This document shows, one piece after another, positions 9,568-18,900 of a stretch of DNA of 64,000 nt. The DNA is from an uncultured Candidatus Saccharibacteria bacterium. GTDB lineage: Bacteria > Patescibacteriota > Minisyncoccia > UBA6257 > 1-14-0-10-40-38. Position 1 is the stretch's first letter; each line of letters starts with the position of its first letter. Both the position numbers and the translations under genes were made by a program. The notes below the pieces were generated by a model. It saw nothing but the letters and a program-made list of their open reading frames with translations, was not told the DNA's origin and made no database searches. The stretch covers positions 29,554 through 93,553 of the forward strand of contig CAZIWN010000002.1 of NCBI GenBank assembly GCA_964543265.1, given 5' to 3'.

Positions 9568-11340
9568 TTAACTATATCTCTCTCTGTTTAAATCGTCAAA
9601 TTTTTTTAATAATTCTTTTAAAAGCTTTTCATCACCCATTTTTTCGGCTTCTTTTATTTTTAATTTCAATTCCGAAACAGTATCTTTTAATATGTCTTTT
9701 TTTAACTCTTTTAGGGTTTTAGAAAAATTAGAAATAGAATCTCCTTGAAAAATATCAGACCCGGAATGAAATCTTAGATAATCTGACATTTTTTGCACTT
9801 CAATATCTGAACTATTATTTTCGGTTATATTTTTTATAACTATTTTATAAAATTCTGGAAAAAATATAATATTTTCCAATAAATCCTTCCACAATTCTTG
9901 ATTATTCAACGCCATAGCTATGGCATTTTTAGACAAAGTATCTTTTCTAGAATTAAATTTTTTTAACAAATCTTGTTCCGAAAAATTATCTTCATCTTTT
10001 TTTACAACCTGATTTGGGATCTTTATTAATTTCAACTCCTCTTGAACATCGCGTTCAGAAACACCCACAACATCAGCAATCTCCCTCATCCACAAAGATT
10101 GCTCTATCGGGCTCTTTATCATTTTTAGCTTTGCTAATATTTTCTTTAAATCAGTTTTCTTTTGAAAAGAATCTTTAGTTTTAAATTCTCTAGATTCTCC
10201 TAAAATTGTCTTAATATAAAAATGCATAGCCGGCTCAGCCCTCTTTAATAATTCTTCGCGTAAAAATCCACTATGAGATAAAACAACATCCGCAGCATCT
10301 TTAAAATTTTCTGACTCAAACTCTTTCAGCATCCCGACATTAAAAATCTTAACCGAAAAATCTTCACTAAGCGCCATTTCGTTGGCTCTTTCTGTGGCAA
10401 TTTTTCCAGCCTCATCATTATCGTAGAAAATAATAATATTTTGAGTAATCTTTTTTAAAACATCTAAATGGTCTTTAGTTAAAGATGTTCCAGAACTGGC
10501 AAAAGTATTTTTAAGTCCATCCTGATACAACATAATTAAGTCCATCTGCCCCTCAACCAAGACAGCTAAATTCATTTCTCTTATTATATTTTTTGACTTA
10601 TTAAAACCATAAAGAATTCTTGATTTGTTAAATATTGGAGTCTCTGGAGAATTAACATATTTTCCAGAAGTTTCCGCTTCCGGACTTCCTGGCATTATTC
10701 TTCCGGTAAATCCAACCACTTTTCCAAAACTATTCCATATTGGAAACATTATCCTATCCCTAAATCTATCCCAATAAGTTCCATTATTGGTTTTAAAAAC
10801 CAAACCAGCCCTTTCTATTTCTGACATTTTAAACCCCTTAGAAAGTAAAAATCTAGACAGAGCATCATTGGAGTTTGGAGCCAACCCCATCTCAAACTCT
10901 AAAACGGTCTCTTTCTTTAGTCCCCTCTCCTTTAAATAACTCCTAGCTTTTTCAGCGATTAAAGATTCCGAAAATAAATTATTTTTAAAAAAGTCTCTAG
11001 CAGATTCAACTATCTCATATAAAACATTGTATTCTCTCTCATCCTTTGATCCGGAAATCTTCAAATTAACCCCAGCCTTGTCAGCTAGAATTTTTAAAGC
11101 TTCTATGAATTCTAAATTGTCATGCTTCATTAAAAATCCGAAAATATCACCACCAGCACCACAACCAAAACATTTAAAAATCTGCCTATCCACATTAACC
11201 ATAAAAGATGGAGTTTTTTCTTTATGAAATGGACAGTTTCCCTTAAAATTTCTTCCTGCCGGAAGAAGCGGCATGTATTGCTTTATAAATTCAACAATGT
11301 CTATTTTTTCCTTTACCAAGTCTGATGATTTCTGATCCAT
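9568..11340 (-). CDS. dnaG: DNA primase
   Basis: Zinc-binding domain CPFHKEKTPSFMVNVDRQIFKCFGCGAGGD, TOPRIM region EGQMDLIMLYQDG ... IIFYDNDEAGKIAT. Forms the classic dnaG-rpoD operon. Confidence 0.9.
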   Translation of the reverse strand: MDQKSSDLVKEKIDIVEFIKQYMPLLPAGRNFKGNCPFHKEKTPSFMVNVDRQIFKCFGCGAGGDIFGFLMKHDNLEFIEALKILADKAGVNLKISGSKDEREYNVLYEIVESARDFFKNNLFSESLIAEKARSYLKERGLKKETVLEFEMGLAPNSNDALSRFLLSKGFKMSEIERAGLVFKTNNGTYWDRFRDRIMFPIWNSFGKVVGFTGRIMPGSPEAETSGKYVNSPETPIFNKSRILYGFNKSKNIIREMNLAVLVEGQMDLIMLYQDGLKNTFASSGTSLTKDHLDVLKKITQNIIIFYDNDEAGKIATERANEMALSEDFSVKIFNVGMLKEFESENFKDAADVVLSHSGFLREELLKRAEPAMHFYIKTILGESREFKTKDSFQKKTDLKKILAKLKMIKSPIEQSLWMREIADVVGVSERDVQEELKLIKIPNQVVKKDEDNFSEQDLLKKFNSRKDTLSKNAIAMALNNQELWKDLLENIIFFPEFYKIVIKNITENNSSDIEVQKMSDYLRFHSGSDIFQGDSISNFSKTLKELKKDILKDTVSELKLKIKEAEKMGDEKLLKELLKKFDDLNRERYS

Positions 11341-11408
11341 TGTCTTGATTCTACACTAATAAGTAAAAAAAATTAACAAAAACAACTAATTAGCCTATAA
11401 TCATCAAA

Positions 11409-12566
11409 ATGAAGCTGATATACATAAGTCATTGGCGTTTTCCTTCAGAGAAAACAATGTCTCCATTAATAATGAAAACCTGTTCGGAACTGGCAAGTTC
11501 TGGTTTTGATGTGGAGTTATGGGCTCCCAAAAGAATAAATAAAGAATTTAAAAATATTGACCCACACCAATATCACAATGTCTCTAAAAATTTTGAAATC
11601 AAAAAATTACCAGTCATAGATCTGATTGGCACAATTCCATCCATTGGTTTTCCATTAATGGTAGCGAGTTTCAATCTTTCTCTGTTTATATATTCTCTTA
11701 TCAGAAATTTTTCCCAAAAAGTCATATATTATGGACACGACTTTAGAGATTTCGAATTAATATCTCTTATTTCAAAAAATATTTTTATAGAAATTCACGA
11801 TTTTAATAAGAGTAATTTTAATATTTTAAATAAATTTGTCTTAAGAAAAACAATGGGCTTAATAGTGACTAATAAAATTAAAATTGAACAATTTAAAAAA
11901 GATTTTAATTTGGCTGATAATAAATTCTTACACCAACCAAATGCAGTAGATTTAAAAATGTTTGAAATTGAAAAATCTCAAAACTCAGCAAGGGAAATTT
12001 TAAAACTTCCCAAAAATGAAAAAATAGTGCTCTATACAGGACATTTATTCTCTTGGAAAGGGGTCGATACCTTATTGTCTGCGGCACTACTCTTAGATAA
12101 ATCAATAAAAGTATATTTTGTCGGCGGAACAGATGAAGATATATCCTCGTTTAAAGAAAAACAAAAGAACCTAAATATAAATAACGTTTTTATAATTGGT
12201 AGAGTTCCCCATCAAGAAATACCAATATGGCTCAAATCTGCTGACGTACTAGTTTTACCCAACACAGCCAAAGAAGATGTTTCAAAATACGAAACGTCTC
12301 CTGTAAAAATATTTGAATATATGGCTTCTAGTATTCCAATAGTGGCCTCTGACTTACCATCCATAAGAAATATAGTTAATGAAAAAATGGTTTATTTTTT
12401 TGAGGCAGATAATTCTAAATCCTTATCAGATAAGGTGATCGAGGCCTTAAATAACAAAAAAGAGAGTTTTTCTAAAATTCAAGCCTCTTTAATTGAAGTC
12501 AAAAAATATTCTTGGGAAATTAGAACTAAAAATATAACAAATTTTATAGAAAAACTATTAAAATAA
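11409..12566 (+). CDS. glycosyltransferase, GT-B fold, family 1 (GT4-like)
   Basis: C-terminal half shows the GT1 nucleotide-sugar binding pattern: LYTGHLFSWKGVDTLL, VLVLPN, EYMASSIPIVASDLPSIRNIV. Confidence 0.7.
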   Translation: MKLIYISHWRFPSEKTMSPLIMKTCSELASSGFDVELWAPKRINKEFKNIDPHQYHNVSKNFEIKKLPVIDLIGTIPSIGFPLMVASFNLSLFIYSLIRNFSQKVIYYGHDFRDFELISLISKNIFIEIHDFNKSNFNILNKFVLRKTMGLIVTNKIKIEQFKKDFNLADNKFLHQPNAVDLKMFEIEKSQNSAREILKLPKNEKIVLYTGHLFSWKGVDTLLSAALLLDKSIKVYFVGGTDEDISSFKEKQKNLNINNVFIIGRVPHQEIPIWLKSADVLVLPNTAKEDVSKYETSPVKIFEYMASSIPIVASDLPSIRNIVNEKMVYFFEADNSKSLSDKVIEALNNKKESFSKIQASLIEVKKYSWEIRTKNITNFIEKLLK

Positions 12567-12611
12567 AGAGCTCTTGCCAAAATAAAAAGCTTATACTATA
12601 ATCTCTCTACT

Positions 12612-12839
12612 ATGAGAAAATGTGCAATTTGCTCCAAGGGTTCATTATTGGCTGGAACAAGAAAGCTATTAAGAGGCCACTATAATCCAACCGGCTGGGA
12701 GAGAAAATACCCAAATCTTCAGAAAACAAGGCTAGGAACCGGCCGTCGTGTTTTAGCTTGTGTTACTTGTATAAAACAAATTTCAAAAAGCGCAAAACCA
12801 GTAATCCCAACCAAGAAAGAAACAGTATCAGTTAAATAA
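12612..12839 (+). CDS. rpmB: 50S ribosomal protein L28
   Basis: 75 aa; MRKCAICSKGSLLAGTRK...RKYPNLQKTRL...RVLACVTCIK matches the L28 pattern (C-x-x-x-GK, R(K/R)xxPNLQ, second Cys pair). Confidence 0.75.
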   Translation: MRKCAICSKGSLLAGTRKLLRGHYNPTGWERKYPNLQKTRLGTGRRVLACVTCIKQISKSAKPVIPTKKETVSVK

Positions 12840-12841
12840 TT

Positions 12842-12872
12842 AAAAAACACCGGATTAATCCGGTGTTTTTTA
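12842..12872 (+). terminator. rho-independent terminator of rpmB
   Basis: aaaaaACACCGGAttaaTCCGGTGTtttttt lies 3 nt after the rpmB stop. Confidence 0.75.
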
Positions 12873-12929
12873 ATTGTAAAAAATAATCCAATAACTTAAC
12901 CTAAATATACAACTTAATATTATGTAAAT

Positions 12930-13000
12930 CGGGCTGTAGTATAACGGTAGTATATACCCTTGGGGTGGGTACGAACCGGGTTCAACTCCCGGCAGCCCGA
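12930..13000 (+). tRNA. tRNA-Pro, anticodon GGG (71 nt, no encoded CCA)
   Basis: Hand-folded cloverleaf. Acceptor CGGGCTG/CAGCCCG plus discriminator A. D-arm GTAT-AACGGTA-GTAT (two G.U pairs). Anticodon stem TACCC/GGGTA with loop TTGGGGT. T-arm CCGGG-TTCAACT-CCCGG. If the anticodon stem is shorter, the anticodon could instead be read UGG, which is still Pro. Confidence 0.8.
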
Positions 13001-13012
13001 CAAAATATCAAA

Positions 13013-15487
13013 CTACTTAATGATTGCCTTACTGTGAAGTTTTAAAAACTTATCATCTATCATTCTCTCTATCTCTCCTCGAGGACTTCCGTAAACCACT
13101 CTAGACAACTCCTTTATTTTTTCAGAAATTCCAGAACCACTCCTCACAGGATCTGTAATTTTTAAACTAAAAGCTGGTGCCGTCTGTCCATCAATTAAAA
13201 TTCTAGCGTAGCAATTAAAATTATCTATATTCATCAAATCATTTGCCGTAAATTCCGGAGTAAACTCTTTTTCCAATAAATCACCATCATCAGCCCCAAC
13301 TCTAAACGCAATCTTTGAACCAACATTCCCAAAAACCGCTTTAGATATATTTTCACTCAACTGCCCCACAAATTGATTGGCAATTATAAGATTCAATTTA
13401 TACTTTCTAGCCTCTGATAGTATTTTCTCGATAGAGTTTGTTGTTACGTTTTGAAATTCATCTATATAAAGATAAAACGGTTTTCTGTCGCCTTCCTGAA
13501 TATTAGACCTAGAAAAAGCAGCTAAAGCAATTTTACCAACAATTATTAAACCAATAAGAGCAGAATTTAGCTCACCAAGTTTACCCTTAGAAAGATTCAC
13601 TAGCAAAATCTTTCCAGAGTCCATAACCTCTCTAAAATTAAAAGAAGATTTTTCCTGCAAAACTATGGGGCGCATTATATCGTTTGAAAGAAACGAATCG
13701 AATTTTGACGATATGTATGGAATCATATTTTGCAAACTTGCCTCTCCCCCAGCCTTTTCAGCGATCTCTTTCCAAAATAATTTAACTAATTGATTTTTAC
13801 ATTTTTCAAGCTTCATTTCCCTGAATTTCTTATCTGCAAAAACCAAATTTATTTCCAACAAAGTATTCCCCAACTCCGGGCTATCCATCACTAAAGAAGT
13901 TGCATTTCTAAAATATTGCTCGAACATTGGACCACCAACGGTTTTCATATCGTATAATTTATTAAATATTTCCAAAAGCTCATTTATCACAAAAGTTTTT
14001 TGTTCAGGAAGCTTTTCGTCATATTCAAGCATATTTAAAGCCAATGGCCTCTCTGTGTCGCTAGGATTAAAATATATAACATCTTTTGCTCTTTCTTTTG
14101 GAATTTTAGACAAGATATCCTCAACAGCATCACCATGCGGATCAATAAAACAAACTCCCTTACCAGAGTTAATATCCTGAATAACCAAATTCTTTAAAAA
14201 ACTAGTCTTACCAGTTCCAGTTTGCCCTATTACATACAAATGCCTTGCTCTGTCATCATCCTTCATGTAAATATTTTTTTCTTCTCCTCTAAAAATATTT
14301 TTTCCTAAAAGAATTCCAGATTCTGCAATGTTAAGCGGTGCAGAACTCTGCTTTGCTTTTGAAGCAGAAAGTAGCGCATGAAAAATATTATTTGGAAAAT
14401 GAATCAAGCTGGATAATTCTTCCGTAGAAACATATGTAGCAGAAGATTTTTTTACAGGAGCTCTAAAGACGAAATCGTAAACAAACTTTTTTAACTTATT
14501 TTTTTGAATTTTTTTTACATTTAATCTATTAACCTCTTCCAAATTAAACTGAGAAAAATAAGAAGAAAATTCATCTATCAAAGCATCTGCCCTCTCTTGT
14601 GTTTGGGCAGAAGATAAGATTCTTAAAGTTGATTCAAAAATTTGTTTTTGTGATTTTGTTTTTAAAGCATTTACCAATCCCTCATCAAAATAAGTATTTA
14701 CACCCAAATCCCCAACTTCATCTTTTTTCTTATTTTTAGACATAGCCTCCCTCAACCCCTTGCCACTTTTAACATTTTTAGCCACATCTGAAAGACGCTT
14801 ATTATAATAACCCTTAGAGTATCTGCCAATAATTTGTATGGCTAAACTTTCGTTTTCTTTTTGGATTTTTGAAAAATTATTCAATAAAACGCTTAAAGGA
14901 TCTATCTCCATGCCATTGTAAGTTTTTATTGGCAAAAATTTATTTTTAGCAGTTATCATGGCTCCAGAAACCATTGACCCAGCTTTAAACATCTTATAAC
15001 CCCTAACATTATTTAAAATTGCCTCTGGATATATTCCTTGAATACTTTTTGATATTGATTTTTCATATTTTTTAGGAATTAAAACAAAAAATTCTATCTG
15101 TTGACCAGAATTCTGAACAACCACCTCCATAGAAAAAAACGGCTCACCATATAAAAAACCCTTAAACCCTCCCCTCTTAATGGTTATAAATTGAGAAAAA
15201 ACCTGTTCCATAATGGAAATTTTTTCTCTAATCTCTGCTAATCCCATTTTTTCCTTTTGGTCCTTGTTTTGATTATTTTTTGGAAATTGAACGTTTATAA
15301 CAGAAAGTCCCAAAGAATCTGAAAAAAATCCTTTTCTTAAAAAGAAATTTCTCAGAAAAATAAAAACAACAGAAATAACTAAAACAAATATAACGAAAAT
15401 TAAAAAACCGCCACTAAATATAAAATTAGTTAAAAAATCAATAATTCCAAAATTATAATCCTGAAACGATGAAAAAATATCGTTCAT
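13013..15487 (-). CDS. type IV coupling protein-like ATPase (VirD4/TraD/TrwB family; N-terminal TM anchor)
   Basis: 824 aa. N-terminal hydrophobic helices are present. The Walker A block VIGQTGTGKTSFLKNLV...GVCFIDPHGD matches TrwB GATGTGKS...VIVDPNGD. Walker B is YLYIDEFQNV. The C-terminal T4CP signature is ARKYKLNLIIANQFVGQL...FGNVGSKIAFRVGADDGDLL. HerA/DUF87-like ATPases share the DPHG motif, so exact family assignment needs HMM confirmation. Confidence 0.7.
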   Translation of the reverse strand: MNDIFSSFQDYNFGIIDFLTNFIFSGGFLIFVIFVLVISVVFIFLRNFFLRKGFFSDSLGLSVINVQFPKNNQNKDQKEKMGLAEIREKISIMEQVFSQFITIKRGGFKGFLYGEPFFSMEVVVQNSGQQIEFFVLIPKKYEKSISKSIQGIYPEAILNNVRGYKMFKAGSMVSGAMITAKNKFLPIKTYNGMEIDPLSVLLNNFSKIQKENESLAIQIIGRYSKGYYNKRLSDVAKNVKSGKGLREAMSKNKKKDEVGDLGVNTYFDEGLVNALKTKSQKQIFESTLRILSSAQTQERADALIDEFSSYFSQFNLEEVNRLNVKKIQKNKLKKFVYDFVFRAPVKKSSATYVSTEELSSLIHFPNNIFHALLSASKAKQSSAPLNIAESGILLGKNIFRGEEKNIYMKDDDRARHLYVIGQTGTGKTSFLKNLVIQDINSGKGVCFIDPHGDAVEDILSKIPKERAKDVIYFNPSDTERPLALNMLEYDEKLPEQKTFVINELLEIFNKLYDMKTVGGPMFEQYFRNATSLVMDSPELGNTLLEINLVFADKKFREMKLEKCKNQLVKLFWKEIAEKAGGEASLQNMIPYISSKFDSFLSNDIMRPIVLQEKSSFNFREVMDSGKILLVNLSKGKLGELNSALIGLIIVGKIALAAFSRSNIQEGDRKPFYLYIDEFQNVTTNSIEKILSEARKYKLNLIIANQFVGQLSENISKAVFGNVGSKIAFRVGADDGDLLEKEFTPEFTANDLMNIDNFNCYARILIDGQTAPAFSLKITDPVRSGSGISEKIKELSRVVYGSPRGEIERMIDDKFLKLHSKAIIK

Positions 15488-15864
15488 AAAATTTCTCTTC
15501 TTTTTAAAAGCTCATTATAATAATCCGGATTTTGAGATAGAGTGTTCCATAAATCTTCCACAGCATTTGGATCTTCTAAAACCATATCAACACCTCTCGC
15601 AATGCCATCTTCAAAAACAACATATATCGGAGAGTCGGACTCCAAAACAACATCTCCCCTACCAACTTCCTTCTTTGGTTTATCGATAGCCCCATTCACG
15701 CTATCTTTACCAGCCACAAAATCCCGAACAATTGTCTCTTTTCTAAGGTGTTGCTCACTAAACCCACCCAAAGCACTCTCGCGCCTAGGAGCTTCTTTTT
15801 TTTCCTCCTTAATAACCTCAATCGTCCCGCCACTTTTATTATTAAAAACATCTTGACCTTCCAT
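15484..15864 (-). CDS. hypothetical soluble protein, translationally coupled to the downstream ATPase (ATGA overlap)
   Basis: 126 aa, no TM, charged. Its stop overlaps the ATPase start by 4 nt. No recognisable motif. Confidence 0.45.
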   Translation of the reverse strand: MEGQDVFNNKSGGTIEVIKEEKKEAPRRESALGGFSEQHLRKETIVRDFVAGKDSVNGAIDKPKKEVGRGDVVLESDSPIYVVFEDGIARGVDMVLEDPNAVEDLWNTLSQNPDYYNELLKRREIL

Positions 15865-15977
15865 AATTAAATATTATATCAGAATTTATAATTAATAACT
15901 TAAATTACTCCCAACTATAGATAGTTAAATAGAGAAATTCGTAGTAATATTTAATAAAACATAAGTAAAAAAATAAA

Positions 15978-18900
15978 ATGATTTTACAACCACATAAGCA
16001 CGCATTTAGATCAATATTGCTTACAATCTTTATGGCGAGCTTCGCGCTCTTTTTATTCGTAAATTTTAGAAACACTCCAGAAAATACAGCTTTAGGAGTA
16101 AGCTGTCCGGCTGGCATTGCCGGTCAAATGGATTTATGTCCATCAACCAGAATTCCCCATCAGGGTGATACCGTTCAATTCACTGTTAACACCAGACAAG
16201 CCCAGTCCGGAATATCTGTAACTATTTATATTGGAGGTAGACCAGGAAGCGATGGCTACATCACCAATCCTCAAATTTTCACAACGGGCTCAACAAATTC
16301 TAGTGGAAATTTTGACTTCTCTTATACTGTTCCATCTGGCGACGCCTGGAACACTTTTCACTATTTTAGAGCAGAAGCCACTGTCGGAGGATCTCTCTTA
16401 AAAAGTAATCAAGTAGCCCTAACCGTAATTCCAAAAACAACCGATGCTGACTGGATCTTAACTCCAACGACTTATTGCCAAGTACAAACTGGTGGCAACT
16501 GTACTCCAATTAATAATTCATACCCACTCGACAAAGTTTACCCCCTAGCAGCAACAGGAGACGTAATTTTGCTTGAAGACGGTCAATATAATCATGCAGA
16601 ATTTAAAAGAAGTTGTCATAGTCAAACGGGACCAATGATCTGGGTTATGGCTAGAAACATAAACGGCCCAGTTTTTAATCCAAATCCTGTCGGAAGCAGC
16701 GATACAATATCTTTTAATCAAAAAAGCTGCTGGACTACATTAGTTGGTTTAAAAATTATGGGCGATGATAGAGCTGGAGTTCATTTTGTTACTTCAACCA
16801 ATAATGGACCGTACTTAAATGATCAATTTTTAGAAGTCACCATAGATGGTGGATGGGATTATTACAATAATTCTGGAACTACGGCAAAGTGGGGATTTCA
16901 ATCATACGGACTGCAAGGCTTTAGATATGTCGGAGGGGAAGTAAAAAACGTAGGAGATATGTCTGTTGGAGAACATGCTTTTTATATGCATAATCCAGAC
17001 ACAGACGCTACGGGTAATGCAATTGAACTTAGAGATGTTAATTCATCTAACGTTGGAAGAACATACGTACAAATAGTAAACAGGCCAGATGACTGCAGTT
17101 ATGCCAACCCTTGCCCACCAGGAAGTGGAATAGTCACCATAGAACATGCCGTCATTAAAAATACTGGACTTGAAGGTAATTGCACGGGAGGATCATCTTT
17201 AACTTTTGGTGGAAGAAACGACTACAACATTATAGTAAGTAATACATATGTAGAATCTGGTTTAGATACAGGGCTTTCATGTAAGGGAACTGGAGAATTT
17301 GTCACTTGGGACGGAAACAATGTTCCAGCAGAAAATAACGGCCCAACAACTGTTAGAAATTCATACTTCATAATGGCTCCTAATCAAGGTAATAAGCCAT
17401 TATCAGAAATCGGAACAGTTGATTCAATAACTATAGAAAAAAGCACATTCATTAGCGGAAAAACTTATTCGATGAACGCCAAAAAAAGTGCCGTTACTAA
17501 ATGCTTTGATAGAGATTCAAATATAACTGGAAATCCAGAAAAGAGAGTTACGGTTGACGGCGTAGATTATGCAAATTACCAAGCCATGTTAGACGCCTTA
17601 GGAGATTGCGGAAGCTCTGGAGGAAATCCAACAGTAACCCTTTCAGCCACCGATGCTAATGCCTCAGAAACAGCAGGAGATCCGGGAACATATACAATCT
17701 CAAGAACTGGAAGTACTGCAAATTCTTTATCTGTGAAGTTTTCAGTTTCCGGAACCGCCACCAACGGAACAGATTACAATCAAATCAATTCGCCAGTAAC
17801 AATCCCAGCGGGGGCATCTAGTGTAACAGTGCAACTATCCCCCATAGATGACACCTCTGCTGAATCATCAGAGACAGCAATATTAACCCTAAACTCTGAT
17901 CCATTGTATATAATCGGCTCTCCAAGCTCCGGAACGGTAACTATTGCCGACAATGATAGCGGAGGAGGGCTTCCAACTGTAACGGTTTCAACAACAGACG
18001 CTAATGCTTCTGAAACAGCCGGTGATACTGGAACTATAAAAATAATAAGAACTGGTTCAACAGCCAGTTCGCTAACTGTCTATTTTTCTATCTCAGGAAC
18101 AGCCACTAATGGTTCTGATTATTCCTCCATAAGTTCGCCGATAACAATTCCATCTGGAACCTCAACGGTAGCAATTCAAATCTCTCCAATAGACGACACC
18201 TCTATCGAATCATCAGAAACAGCCATAATCACCATAACCTCAAACGCCAGCTACACAATCGGCTCTCCAAGCTCCGGAACGGTAACTATTACTGACAACG
18301 ATAGTAGCAGCACGCCAACAGTAAGTCTCACAACCACAGACAGTAGCGCATCCGAAGCTGGACTAGATCCGGGAAGCTTCACCCTCTCAAGAACAGGAGC
18401 AACAACCAATCCATTAACTGTTTCTGTCAGTATTTCCGGAACCGCTACTAACGGAACGGATTATAATCAAATAATTTCCCCCATTACAATTCCGGCAGGT
18501 TTATCTTCAACCAATATAAACATTACACCGGTAGACGACATATCAGTTGAAAACACAGAGACGGCTGTTATAACTATTAATTCAGATCCATCTTATATAA
18601 TTGGCTCTCCAAACACCGGAACTGTTAACATCTTAGACAATGACGGAGTTCCACCTCCCCCGCTACCAACAATAAGTGTCATAGCCAATGACCCGACATC
18701 GTCTGAACCTGGATCAGATACTGGAAGCTTTACGGTCTCAAGAACAGGATCAACAACAAATTCCTTGACTATAATATTCACAATGTCGGGCACAGCCACT
18801 AACGGCTCAGACTATCAGCAAATAAATTCACCAGTAACAATTCCAGTAGGATTTTCATCTGTCTTCGTTAACCTAACACCTCTCAATGATTCCAGTATAG

